The notes: generated from the letters alone by a model not told the origin. A stretch of DNA of 64,000 nucleotides from Eledone cirrhosa (GCA_964016885.1 OZ024741.1:145700001-145764000), one strand, 5' to 3'; shown: positions 49,950-63,272, numbered from the stretch's first letter. Made by a program: numbers and translations.

Positions 49950-52900
49950 ATGGCCGTATTAAGAGTAGGAAGTTTAAATGTTCGAGGCCTGGGATCGTCC
50001 TGGAAGTTTAAATGTTAGAGGCCTGGGATCGTCCTGAAAGTTTAAATGTTCGAGGCCTGGGATCGTCCTGGAAGCAGGGTCACCTGCTCAACCACCTCAG
50101 GTCTCTAGAAATGGATGTAATTGCCGTCAGCGAGACCAGGATTTCCGACACGCGCGCACTAGCCCCCATTTTCGACGACTATCAGATCTTTGCATCTGTT
50201 AGCCGGCCGGAAATGGGAGGCGGGGTGGCAGTGCTGTTTAGGAAAGGCCTGGATCACGAGGTAAGGTCGATCTTCCGGGACCCGGACGGGAAGTTGGTGG
50301 TCCTGGACGTGAACAATAACGAAGGTGGTGCCTTTAGACTGGTGGCGGTCTATGCCCCTACTGGGCCAAGACGGCCGGATTTATTTAGACCCCTGGAATC
50401 CTTTCTGGCTACGTCTCGCCCTTTACTGTTAGCGGGGGACTGGAACGGCATCTTAGACGCACGCTGGGACTGTGTGGGAGTATCCGATAGGAGCGGGGGG
50501 TGCAAAAGCCTCAAGAACCTGATCAACCAGTTCCAACTGTCTGACAGGTACTGACTAGATTTCCCTAATGCGCCAGTGTGGACCTGGACTAACCGCATAG
50601 GGTCATCTAGATCGTATATAGACAGGATATTCATTAGGAAAGTAGACAGAAATAGTGTAAGCTGTCCACGTTTTGAAACGGTCACCTATTCAGATCACAA
50701 GTTTGTGATCTGTATGGTCGACCTAGATAAGACGTGTAGGTTAGGACCAGGTTACGGGAAGCTAAACATGTCATTTCCGGCACGCAAGGCTTACAGGGAC
50801 CAGGTCAACAATTTAGTTAAGAAAAAGTTGACAGGGGGAGTCGTCAGCAATAGATGGTGGGGGGCTCTCAAAAGAGAGATTAGAGTAATGTCGATAGAGT
50901 TTAGCAAAGAAGTAGCGTTAAAGAAAAATAGAAAGAAGGGGGAGTTGGCAGATAAGTTAGATGAGGCTATTGGTAGTGACATTGCAACTGACGTGCTAGC
51001 GACAAGAATGGCATTAGACCATTTCTTCAATGCGAAACACGAAGGTTGCATTGTCAGAGCTAAGGCACATGCTCTGAGAAACGAGGGAACCAAAGCTGTT
51101 CGATGGACCCGCGTGAGAGCGTGGTAATAAAACCACGATTCGGTCTTTGACGGACCGAGACGGACACCAGCTGAGCAATTCCAAGCGAATGTGTGAGGCC
51201 TTTCGCCAACATTTTGCTCGGTTGTTCGGGGGAAGTGGTCGGTCAGAGATGGTAGCGGAATTCAGTCCCTACCTCGATGGCTTGCCGCAACTCTCGACGG
51301 CTGACGCTGGGCGCTGCGAAAGGCCAATTACTTCAGCCGAGATTCAAGATGCCCTTGTCGGCTACATAAGGCGCAAATCACCCGGTTTGGATGGTCTGCC
51401 CTATGAGCTTTACGTAAATATGCCAGACTTGTTTTCTAATCTCCTCGAAGCCCTCTAGCAAAACGGGAGTATTCCCAGTTCCGTGAGCCGGGGCGTAGTG
51501 ACGCTGATAAGGAAAGATGAGAACAAGAGGGACACATTAGACAATTTCAGGCCCATAATTCTGCTCAATACAGAGTTTAAGATTTTGGCCAGGGTTTTAG
51601 CGAAGAGGTTGGCGCTTGTCGTCGGGGATTTGGTTGGGGAGGCGCAAACTTGCGCAATCCCAACCAGGTCCATACACGACAACCTCCACCTAATACAATA
51701 CATCATAGAGAGGATAGGGTGTAAACCTGGCTTCGGTGGGGCTCTGATCAATTTAGATCAATCGAAAGCATTCGATAGGGTCGACCGTCTTCAGAATCTG
51801 GATCGCTGCAATGCACAGCCGCACCTGCTCGGTGGTCAAAATTAATGGCCACCTCTCGGAACCGTTTCAGGTCTCCCGATCGGTCCGTCAAGGGTGCCCT
51901 CTCTCCTCCCTTCTGTACGTATTGACTCTCGAGCCTTTACTGCGGAAGCTGGAGCTGTTGCAGGGCATCACGCTTGAACCGGGACGCGGAAAGGCTGTGT
52001 CGGCTTATGCGGACGACATCACCGTGAAGGTGTCGGACACCTCAGAAATCGAGGTGGTAGGCAACTTATTGGAGGAATATGAAAGGCTGACAGGAGTAAA
52101 ACTTAACCCGGAAAAATCGGTGGGCTTGCAACTCGGCACTTGGAGAGGCAAGTCCATTCCGTCCAACAGCGTCGTTAGGCGCTGGACGGACGGACCGGTA
52201 AAGTTGCTCCGGGTTTGGTTCGGACCTCCAGGTGGATAAGAATTGGGACGGGGTGACGGACAGGGTAGCCAGTCTTACCCAGAAATGGGCTGGGATGAAG
52301 CTATCACTGAAAAGTTGGGCAGAGGTGGCGAACACGTACATCACGTCCGTCATCTACTACCGTCTGACCGTCCGTCATCTACTACCGTCTGACCGTCGTT
52401 CCTTGCCCCCGTTTGCACCTCGCCATCTTGGAGCGGCTCCTCTTCAAATTCTTTTGGAGGGGTCAGGTTCCGCTGGTGAGGCCGTCCATCTGCTGCCAGC
52501 ACCCTCTACGTGTAGGACTGGGCTTGCCGTGGCTAATGATGCACAGACACGCGCTGAGGCTGCGGCATCTCCAGATATTCTGCCTAAACGGTGAACAGGT
52601 GTGGTCGCCGTTTGTCAGACGGGCCTTTCCGCAGCTCGTTTTTTTGACTGAGCTGCAGTCGTGGTTCAAGATAAGACCGAGACTGGGTGACTGGCATCTG
52701 GAATGTTGCAAGGCACTCACTGCCCTCTACTGGGCGGGCAATGCGGTCAGTGGAACTTCCACTCTCGAGTTCTATAGAGGATTAGTGGTGGGCAAGTGCG
52801 ACGACGCACTCGGAGAGGCTCTGGGAGTAGACGAAGTTGAACTGACCAGTCTGTTCCGGAGGACTTTCGAGCCGGGGACGATGGATAATTTCCAAAAATC

Positions 52901-53364
52901 CCTCGCTTGGCAGTGCTACCGGGAGGCACTGTCGGTTCGAGATAAACTCTACAAGCACGGAAGTGCTGTCAGACGGACTTTCCCGAGATGCACGCAGAGC
53001 GACGAAACCATTTTGCACGCACTTGTCCAGTGTCCGTGCATAACTGACTTGTGGAGTTATGTGGAACATCTGTTGTCGCGTGTAGAACGGATCTGGCTAT
53101 CGGCCGAGTCCATAGTGAAGACGGCCGCCGCCTTCTTTTGGCCAGGAAGGGCAGGCAATTTTCGTCTGTCTGCTGGCAGTAGCAAAAGAGGTTGTATGGT
53201 GGACGAGGTTCGGCCAATCCCTAATCAACTTTTTCAAGTTTTACTTGGAAAGGAAGGTGAGGGTGGAAAGAGAAGTGCTGCCTCCCAGTACATTTGCTGA
53301 AAGGTGGGTGAATGTGGCGAGAATGGCCCGTGTGAGTGGGCCTACTCTGGTGATGCGACTGTAG
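49950..53364 (+). pseudogene. Tx1-type ORF2 (APE, RT, C-terminal zinc motif), disrupted
   Basis: SLNVRGL, AGDWN, YIDRIF, SDH, KSPGLDGLP, NFRPIILLN, SKAFDRV, VRQGCPLS, YADD, PRC..ETILHALVQC. Confidence 0.9.
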
Positions 53365-53655
53365 GTGGGTAAATTTGAGGAGGAGAGAGGTGCCCTTCCA
53401 GGGTGCTCTCAAAGCGTCGGGTTGTTCAGGATTGGTGGGATACCTGAGCGAACCCTGGGTGGTCATCCCCCCTATTGGGTAATTTTTCTTGTATTTTTCT
53501 TGTTACTTTGTTATTGTTATTCATATTGTTTACTCGATTTTTCTGTAAAACCCCACTGCCCCAGTCTTTTGTATTGTCCCCTATATGTCGGCCCTTGTGG
53601 CCAATAAATGAAATCATTATTATTATCATCATTATTATTATTATTATTATTATTA

Positions 53656-54640
53656 CAGTTGCATTTATCTTGCTTTATGTTCATATGAGTTATCACCAAG
53701 TTACAACCAGTGACCTCAAGAGAGAACAAGGTCCGCCATTTTCAAGAAAGAACATACATACACACACATGCATCTTTAGGTGTTTAGACTTGTGATGTAC
53801 TTATATTAACAGAATCTCCCTTAGTATAGGGGCAGTTCCCATTAGTACTATCTTTTGTATTTCTCCTATACGCGGGTTTCCTGGGATTTGCGATAAGTAA
53901 TCATTAGACCCCTTATGTATCATTCCTAGAGGGCCTTCAACCACTGGTATTGTTCTAGTTCTCAACTTCCACATTTTTCCAATTTCTATCTCCATGTCTT
54001 TATACTTGCTCAATTTTTCAAATGTTTTTATAGATACATTCTTGTCTATTGTAACAGACATATCAATTAGCAGGCATACCGTCTTTTTAAAGTCCTTCAG
54101 TATTATATCAAGTCTATTTGCATCTATTTTTCAGTCTGTTTGGATGCAAAAGTTCCATAAGATTGAGATGTGATCTTTTGCAAGTACGGGAGGTGGTTGA
54201 TGCTCCCACCAATTCTTTTGATGGGGCAGGTCAAAATGCTTACACATTATCCAATGTATGTATTGTGCAGCTCTGTCATGCCTGTTTAGGTATTCGGTTG
54301 GAGTTATAGGACTGCACATTGAAATTATATGATCAATGGTCTCTGATTGTTTTTTACATACACGGCATAATGGGTTGCATCCATTTTTTATTATGTTTGC
54401 TTGATAGTTTTTTTTGTCGGCAGATACTGATCTTGTGCAGATAAAATCAATCCTTCAGTCCAGAGGATGCCAACCATTGATGGGTTAAAGTTTTGTCAAC
54501 ATCAAGATTGTTAGCTCTTTCTGGGTATTTTCCATACAGAGGCTTTTCTTGCCATTTCTTAGCCAGTTTCTGTAGCAGTTCTTTCTTTGCAGTTACTTTT
54601 ACCTACTTTGCTTTTTCAGTGTTTTTCATTTTACCAGTAA
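53656..54640 (-). mobile_element. R4/Dong-type LINE 3' fragment
   Basis: EYLNRHDRAAQYIHW..C; EKLSKYKDM.IEI.KMW..IPVV; (TAA)n at the 3' end. Confidence 0.85.
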
Positions 54641-54654
54641 ATGGAACTTTATTA

Positions 54655-54820
54655 TTGGCAGTATCAGTAGAAGGTCGGACGCCATGCTTTGCAGTATAGA
54701 GTTATGGTGTGAGTTCAAATCCCGCCGAGGTTCACTTTGCCTTTCAGGGTCGATAAAATAAAGTACCAGTAATGTAACGGGGTAATTGCTGGCCTTGTGC
54801 CAATAGTAGAATCAATTATT
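54655..54820 (+). mobile_element. SINE family S1
   Basis: Matches the 28796 copy with small deletions. Confidence 0.88.
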
Positions 54821-54831
54821 ATTATCATTAT

Positions 54832-55625
54832 TGTTCTTTGAGTCAAAGTTTGTTGAAAATAATATCAAGCCGCTACCTGCAGCCTCAGATATTCAGGACG
54901 TATCGGAGGGTTCTTGCTGTTCCCAACATGCATGCCTTTTGAAGTGTTCCAAAAAGCGGGGCTGGACTAATCTTCTTTAACCATCCTTGGAAACTCTTTG
55001 AGATAATACCTATTGCGCCTATGAGAATCGGGACAACCCTGATTTCATGGCAGTTCCAAATCCTTTTTAACTTCCACTTTAAATCCTGGTATCGGTTAAT
55101 TTTCTCCCTCACCTTTTCTTGCACACGCGTGTTAAATGGGCAGGCTACATCTATAATCAGGCACTATCTTTTTTTCTTGTCTTAACCACCAGGTCAAGCC
55201 TATTGTGTTCTAATTTCTTGTCTGTCTGTATCCTAAAATCCCACAGCACCTTCACCTGATCGTTTTCTATCACTGATTCTGGCTTATTCAGAATGCGGTA
55301 AATTGTTTACTTTGCATAGATGCCAGTGGATCACCCTGCCTATCACATCATATCTCCAGCCTTTATAGTGAGTCTGGGCTAGGTGTTTACACTCGGATAC
55401 AATGTGAGCCACAATCTCCTCTCTCTCTCCACATATCCTACACAGTGAGCTAGCCTCCACCTTGTCAATATGGTGTTTCACCTACTTCGTTCTGGGGGCT
55501 TGCTCTTATGCAGCCATTATCATTCCTTCTGTAGCTTTTTTAAGGTCTCTTCTTTTTAACCAGTTCCATGTCTTTGGATCTCTAAATTCCGTTTTCTTAA
55601 AGAAGGTACTATGAAGGGATTTTTC
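54832..55625 (-). mobile_element. R4/Dong-type LINE 3' fragment, second subfamily
   Basis: CRICGEREEIVAHIVSEC; IDVACP; EKINRYQDL; VVPILIGAIG. Confidence 0.85.
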
Positions 55626-55679
55626 TAATATTATTATTATTATTAATATTATTATTATTATTTTTATTTTCTTTCATTA

Positions 55680-57722
55680 TTGTGTCTGAGATATATGCCG
55701 AGTGTCTTCCTAACACCTAGGGCAAATAAATTCACAGTGTGCATTAGTAAGCAAGTTAATACAGCACATTGATTATAATTTTTAAAAAAACTATACATAT
55801 ATACACATGTGCATATGCATATGCAAATACAAGGAGGGATATCAATCTTACAGAGATAGTGCTCTTCTCAATACGCGTGCAGTACCAGTCAAAACAATAT
55901 TTGGCACCTCGTGCAGAGAGGGTAAACTAGGAATCATTCGCAAATATTGTTCTGTTCCTTTCTTGATCATTCCCAGTCCTCCCACAATCACTGGTATTGT
56001 AACGGCCTTAAGGTGCCACATTTTCTCAATTTCAATAAGCAGATCTTTATATTTTCGTAGCTTGTCAAATTCTTTTGCCGTGATATTGTGATCACATGGG
56101 ATGCTCATATCTATCAACAAACAGACCTTGTTATGTTGATCTTTTACAATGATGTCAGGTCTATTTGCTTTTATGGTCCTGTCAGTATGTACAAGAAAGT
56201 CCCAGAGAATTGTTACTTTTTCGCCTTCAGTTACAGCATCAGGGTGATGATTGTACCACTTGTCTTCAGCTTTGATTTTGTAATGCCGACATTACCCAGT
56301 GTAGATATTGGCCAACTCTGTCATGTCTATATTTGTATTCTACTGCTGCTAAAACTTTACATCCAGAGACTAAGTGATCCACTGTTTCAACCTCAGCATT
56401 ACAGAATCGGCACTTTGGGTTTATTCCGTTTCTCATCACATTGGCCTGGTAATTACGAGTCAATAAGATTTGATCTTGGGCAGCTAAGATGAAGCCTTCA
56501 CACTCTGCCTTTAGCCCTGAACTACGTAGCCACTGATGGGTGTGCTTTTGGTCAACATCATATGCTAATTGTCCTTGCCCTTTTGCTTTTTCCAGTGATT
56601 TTATGTGCCTAGCAGCATCAGTTGCAACAGTTTCTTTAGTCTGTCCAGCCTGGGTATCAAGCATGAGATCAGTAGCATATTTTTTGCTCTCCTTCAAGAT
56701 AGAATGAAGCTTCTTACTTCTCTCATGCTTTTCAACAAGTTTCAGCATACATTCGTTAGTTGTTTCAAGGTATTTGGCCAGTCCAATGATGGTGGTCTTG
56801 TAAGCAAGTTCAAATTGGATCAGGCCACGGCCTCTTTGAGTTCTAGGAAGGTAAAGATGACCCACATCTGCTTTTGGGTGGTGCATCCTATTACAGGTCA
56901 GTAGCTTACGGACTTTGGTGTCGATTCTTTTGATTTCACTCATATTCCAGTTCAACACACCAAAGCTATATGTGACAACTGGGACTGCCAAGGAATTTAT
57001 GGTTAGCACCTTGTTATGAGTGTTTAGTTCTGATCTCAGAACTGCACGTACTCTCCCATAACATTCTTTCCTTATCCTCTCTTTCATACTTGCATGCTGT
57101 ATGCCAGAGCCCTCATTAATCCCTAAGTATTTATAGGTTTGTTCCTGCTCAAGTTCCTTTATGATTGTTTCAGCATCCAATTCAACTGAGTCTGAGTTGA
57201 CAAGCTTCCTCTTCTTGAAAATGGGTTTTGCACACTTGTCAAGTCCAAACTCCATCCTGATGTCATCACTAAACGTTTTTACTGTCCGCAAAAGGCCTTC
57301 CAGTTCGTCATTATCTTTGCAATATAGCTTCAAATCATCCATATAAAATAGGTGGCTTATTTCCCCAGTGGAATGAGACAATTGGAGATTTGTGTTCAAT
57401 AACATATTGTGACATATTGTGTTTCAGGAAGTTTGAGATCACAGGTGAGATCTTGAAGATGTCCAGTGATTTCAGAATCCATGAGTGTGGTATGCTGTCA
57501 AAGGCTTTTTTATAATCGATCCATGCAGAACTGAGATTTCTGTGTTTATTATGATAGTTCCCAAGGATCATACAATTAATCAAAAGTTGATCTTTGCAAC
57601 CATATGAACCTCGTCGGCACCTTTTTTGTTCAATGTGGAAAAGATTGTATCCTCCAAAAACACGTATGCTTTTTCCATGAAAATAGAGGTTAATAGTTTA
57701 TAAGTGGTGGACAAGCAGGTTA
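55680..57722 (-). mobile_element. R4/Dong-type LINE, 5'-truncated
   Basis: WIDYKKAFDS, YMDDLKLY, CRFC..ETVDHLVSGC, IDMSIP, K.RKYKDL; bounded by (TTA)n. Confidence 0.9.
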
Positions 57723-57753
57723 TTGTTATTATTATTGTTATTATTATTATTAA

Positions 57754-58150
57754 GGGCGGTGGATTGGCAGTATCGGTAGAGGATCAGACGCTTTGCTTTG
57801 CAGCATGGAGTTACGACCCTTTATGATCTGAGTTTAAATCCCACCGAGGTTACCTTTGCCTTTCATCCTTACGGGGTCGATAAAATAAAGTACCAGTCAC
57901 GCACTGGGGCCAATTTAATCGACTTTCCTCTCCCTCAAAATTGATGGCTTTGTGCCTGTAATTGGCAGTATCGGTAGAGGGTTGGACGCTATGCTTTCTA
58001 GCATAGTTACCTCCCTTTACAGTCTGAGTTCAAATCCCGCCGAGGTTAACTTTGCCTTTCATCCTAACGGGGGTCGATAAAATAAAGTACCAGTAATGCA
58101 CTGGGTAATTGCTGGCCTTGTGCCAAATGTAGAAACAATTATTATTATTA
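57754..58150 (+). mobile_element. Two tandem SINE family S1 copies
   Basis: Heads at 57754 and 57961; each carries the gcctttcatcct..ggggtcgataaaataaagtaccag core. Confidence 0.9.
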
Positions 58151-60590
58151 ATCATCATCATCATCATCACCGTTTTACGTCCGTTCTTCCACGCTAGCAT
58201 TGTTTAGACGGGTTGTCCTGTTGTGGGCAGTGTCCAGTCAGCTGACCATGCCATGCTCATACAGGAACTGATTCTGGCTTGATTTCTACAGCTGGATACC
58301 CTTCCTAACACCAACCTCATTTACAGTGAGTGCTGGGTGCTTCTTTTTTTCTGTGGCGCCTACACGTCCACTTTACAGTGTGGGCTGGGTGCTTTTTTGC
58401 CGTGGAACCTCCACGACCGCTTTGCAGTGGGAGGGTGTGGGGCATATTATCTATATGCTTCAGCTTCAGCTTGTACCCGTGGGGGGTCGGGTCTTCTGTA
58501 TTACTGCGTGACGCCAGAGGTCACGGTCATGTGTCATCGCCTTTGAGAGGTGCAATTGGGTAAGGTCGGCTTTTATCACCTCATCCCAGGTCTTCTTGGG
58601 TCTCCCCACTCCGCGGTCTCCATCGACTTCTAGTGCTCTGCACCTTTTTATGTAGCTGTCATCCTTCATACGCATCACATGTCCATACCAATGCAGCCGC
58701 CTTTCCTGCACACAGCATTTGATTCCTCTTATGCTCAGTCTCTCTCTCAATTCATTTGTGCTTTGCCGTTCTCATATATTACTGTTACACATCCATCGGA
58801 GCATGCAGGCTTCGTTTCTTTCTAATCTACGCAAGTCTTCCACCTTCAGCGCCAAGGTCTCACTACCATGTAACATTGCTGTTCGTATACACAGATCATA
58901 CAGTCTGCCTTTCATTTTAAGGGAAAAGCCTTTGCAGCTAGCAGTGGCAGTAGCTCCCTGAACTTCTTCCATCCCGTTCTTACCCTAGTTATTGTACTTT
59001 CTGAACACCCATCTCCGTTGCTAATTCGGTCACCTAGGTAGCAGAAGCTGTCTACTGTTTCGACAGAGCCCTCCCAGAGTTTGGTGGTACTTGTTTCCTG
59101 TGGCTGTTTGCTGCTTGCTATCCCAGCACAGCTGCTGCATGTGAAGCCTACATTCTTAGTTAAGCTTCCTGAGATCCCGCTACATCTCTTGTGTACCCAT
59201 TGTTTGCATTTGGGGCAGAGAATGGAGTTCCTACCTACACCTTTCCTACATACTGAGCAAGGCTATTTCCCTGAGGGGATCTGGGTTCTGTTTTCTCATC
59301 TACTTACAAGGACCTTAGTCTTTATCAGGGACCCTGAGACCCTTTCTCTCTAGTCCCTGCTTCCAAGTTTGGAATTTCTTCTCTAGTTCTACCATAGATT
59401 CAGCTATAAGTGCGAGGTCATCTGCATACAGGAGTTCTCATCTGCATACAGAACTATGATGAACAGAAGAGGGCTAAGAACAGAGCCCTGGTGGACACCG
59501 ACCTGTACGCAAAATTCCTTGCTATAGTCATTGCTAATCCTAACTTTGCTGACTGCTCCCCTATACATAGCTTGTACAGCTTTCACAAGCCATTCATCTA
59601 CTCCTAGTTTTCTAAGAGCCCACCAGATTATAGCACTGGGAACTCTGTCAAAGGCTTTCTCGAGATCGACGAATGCCAGGTAGAGTGGCTTACTTTTAGC
59701 TAGGTACTTTTCCTGTAACTGCCTCACAAGGAATAGGGCATCAATGGTGCCTCTTCCTGGCACAAACCCAAATTACATCTCATCTAGTTTCACCTGGTCC
59801 CTAATCAACTGTGCTATAACTCTTTCTGTTACTTTCATGACCTGGTCGTTCAGCTTTATACCTCTATAGTTTCCTCTATCTCATGCATCACCTTTACCTT
59901 TTTAGCAGTTGACAATGATGCTACCACACCAATCCTTTGGTATGACACCTTCTAGTATTACCTGGTTAACAATACGTGTGGTTATGGTGTGACCTACCGA
60001 CCCAGATGCCTTCAGCATCTCGGCAGCTATACCCGATGGACCGGTTGCCTTCCCTGTTTTCATATCTTTGATTGCCTTACATACTACGCTGCTGCTGACT
60101 TGTACTGCTGGCCCCTCCATAGGGTCTACTTGGGGTAGGGTTCTTCTTTCCATGCATTCTCCTCATTTAGTAATCTATCATAATGGCTCTTTCATGCATC
60201 TTTCTTCTCAGCACTTGTGAGGGCAAGCTCACCTTTATCATTCCGGATACACTTCTCTCCAATGACATCACAATTCTCTCTGACACACTGCCTCGCAATC
60301 TTGAACACCTCCTGTTTCTGGTCCTCACGTTGCAAAACAAGCTTGAATTTTCTATCCTCTGCTTCCCTCCTAGCTAAATATACTTGTCGTCTAGCTTCCC
60401 TCCTGGGAATGTACCCTGCTTCCCCCGTTCTTCCATTCTTTCCATGCCTGTCTCTTGGCCTTAACTGCCTCATCTACCTTATTGTTCCAACCACCAAGTC
60501 ACTCTCCTCCTGCCTGTGGTCTTATTCCAGCCACAGATCTCATCTGTCGCCTTTATGAAGTTATTTTGTAGGAACTCCCAGTGCTCTTCT
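58151..60590 (-). mobile_element. 5'-truncated, more diverged RTE LINE (subfamily A)
   Basis: Fragmented ORFs 60473 to 58466 match the 39039 ORF; (CAT)n tail. Confidence 0.93.
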
Positions 60591-60925
60591 AATATTTATT
60601 GTTTCAGTTAGAGGAGGTAATCTATGCAATATGTGGATGAACTTGGAAATAAAAGAATATTACTAAGAGCTACTGGATGACAGACTCTTATTTCTAACAA
60701 CCAAACAATTCTAAGAAGAGATAAAGTTTTTCTATTCAGAAGACGTGGAATGTTCTTTTTTGATGAAGCTACCAAAGCAATGTTGATAGGGGATTTCAGG
60801 GATCCTCACAAAATATATAGTGCATGGTGAGTGAGCAAGAATCTGGGGTGATCTGACTTGACTTAACTAGTGGGTTCCCACTTGTGTGTGGTTGGTAATC
60901 TTAAATGTGTTTATGTTTTATATTT

Positions 60926-61122
60926 CTGTATATACTTGAATATAAGCCGACCCCACCACCCCACCATTTATTTTATGTTTGAGAAATGGGCAAAAATCCA
61001 AACCTCATTTATAAGCTGAGACAGCTAATCAACACATTGTTTAGAAAGCTGACACCCCCCTCCCCATTTTACCATCGATTTATTGGTCACATATTGCTCG
61101 GCATATATTTGAATATATACAA
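60926..61122. mobile_element. Tc1/mariner-superfamily (Tc2/pogo-like) MITE
   Basis: Imperfect 25-bp TIRs ctgtatatacttgaatataagccga / tcggcatatatttgaatatatacaa; TA follows the right end. Confidence 0.65.
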
Positions 61123-61227
61123 TATAAGGATAAAGAACCCATAACTGCTTGTGGGGTAGTAGAGGCACTGCCAAATGGCGTGTCTAGGGCACATTTAAAT
61201 CTGAATACAGCTGATTTTTTTTATAGA

Positions 61228-61385
61228 GGAAGAATTGACCCCAGTATTGGTCTGGTACTTTTTTATCGACCTCGAAAGGATAGAAGGCAAAGTTGACCAA
61301 GGTGGGATTTGAACTCAGCGTGCGCAATGTGGTGGAACAAATATCACAAACCATTCTATCCAACATTTTGATGTATCTGCCAATT
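61228..61385 (-). mobile_element. SINE family S1, degenerate
   Basis: ctggtacttttttatcgacc..gaaggcaaagttgacc..gggatttgaactc. Confidence 0.8.
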
Positions 61386-61600
61386 CTTATGTTAATTAAT
61401 CTGTATTTTACAATAATTTTATATTTATTTAATGTTTTATCAAATTAATATGTCTGGTGTATAATATTCTTCCCTCTACCCTAGTTTTTATATAACTTTG
61501 TCTATTTTTCACATTTATGGTAACCAATATGTTTATAATGTTTGCTGCATTTCTATGTGCAAACCCTAGTGGGCTAATAAAGAAATCTCCATCATCTCAT

Positions 61601-61643
<43 letters not shown>

Positions 61644-61672
61644 ACTACTACTACTACTACTACTACTACTAT
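61601..61672. repeat. (TAC)n(TGC)n(TAC)n microsatellite
   Basis: Directly visible. Confidence 0.9.
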
Positions 61673-61734
61673 TGAATTTGTTATTGAATAAAGAAATTCT
61701 TATTATTATTATGATTATTGTTGTTGTTTTCTAG

Positions 61735-61796
61735 ATACTTCTCCACCAGTGAATGCTCCATTCTTATCTTTAGCACTTTTTACAAATGGAGCCAAA
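61735..61796 (+). other. Possible short host exon
   Basis: gttttctag|ATACTT...GCCAAA|gtaaat; open as (D)TSPPVNAPFLSLALFTNGAK; no recognised homology. Confidence 0.2.
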
Positions 61797-62314
61797 GTAA
61801 ATATTTTTACTTCCTACAAAGATATTAAGTACTTTTAAAAGATGGGCTTAAGGGTAAATTCTGGCAATTAAGTTTAATATATGTTTGTATGCATGTATGC
61901 ATGTAGCAGCATATGTATGTGTGTGTGTGTGCATGTTTATGTATCTTTGTAAATAAGTGTGTGTGTGTATGCACACAAATAGATATGCATATCTAAATAA
62001 ATATTGCTCTATGAAACTAATGGTGTATGTATGTATTTATATGTAAATGTATTTGTCTTATGCGCATATATAAATGTGTATGTGTCAGTTTGTGTGACCC
62101 TGTGTGAGCAAGTGTTTGTATCTGTCTGTGTGTATGATTATTTATTATGTATTTGTGAGAGTCTTAGTGAATACTCCTCTGTAAAAATAATGGTGAATGT
62201 ATGTAGATAGAGTGACATTATACAATCACTCCTTTGCATATGCTCCAAACAAATTTGTTGAGCAAATTGTAAACAAAATCAAAATCAATGGATATCGATC
62301 TAAACCTTTATCAT

Positions 62315-62345
<31 letters not shown>

Positions 62346-63199
62346 TGAGTACGTATATATGTTACAATAAATATAAAATATATTAATTCAAATGATGTTG
62401 AAGTTGCATTTCAGCACCAGAATTTGCCATTATTTGTACATTATTCAAAACAACTTATATATAATTTTATGCTTTGTGAACGTCTTGCTGCCAATAAAAA
62501 TACATGCACCTGTTCAATTTCCCTTCCGTTATATTATTAGTCAGGTAACTAATCCTTTCCTTGGTTAGTTTAGTAGCCAGATGGTTGTTTAATCATCATT
62601 TTAAATATGACAATTAAACACTCATTCGGTTATGAAACTGTAGTAAGACGCCTCACGCCCCATGTCGGATAATAGAACAACCCTAGTTGTCTCCCCCTGG
62701 TTGAGAACACTATTTAAGTAAGCAGCAGTATTACTTTCCCAGACAAGCCACGGGAAAGCAGACGGTATACACGCCACAGAAAACAGCCTCTGTACCACGA
62801 AACGATAAACTGCCAAGGAAACAGCAAACACCACAATACCTTTGTAAGTGTAACACGCTCCCTTCACTACAACTGGATCACGTATATATTTGGTATGTTT
62901 CATTTGTAATATAGTAAACACATATAAACAAAATAAACATCACTATTATTTACATTGTTAAATATAACTCTCGTTGTGGTTATTGTCTTGTTTACGCACA
63001 CACCCCACTCACTTTGTTATAATTCACATACAAAAATGGTAAATAGATGAGGGACCTTCCCTCAAGTCTATGTCGATAAACAATCCAACTAGGATACTTC
63101 ATTTTACCACAAAACTAAACAAGGAATGGATTATATACCTAACAAATAATAAAACTGAAGTGAAACTCCACAAGTGTATTTGTTTTTGATGGCAGCATA

Positions 63200-63272
63200 T
63201 TCCTCCCAAAGTATAACAATATCTGTTTCAACACACAATTTCACATCAAGCATCTCACAAAACAATTATAAA
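63200..63272. mobile_element. Remnant of the Penelope terminal repeat seen at 31570-31630
   Basis: cctcccaaagtataacaatatctgtttcaacacacaatttca is the reverse complement of ~31587-31628. Confidence 0.6.

Larger units (their letters stand above)
47760..53614 (+). mobile_element. Full-length but inactivated L1/Tx1-type LINE
   Basis: 5' UTR, ORF1, ORF2 and 3' UTR ending ccaataaatgaaatc followed by (ATT)n. Confidence 0.88.
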
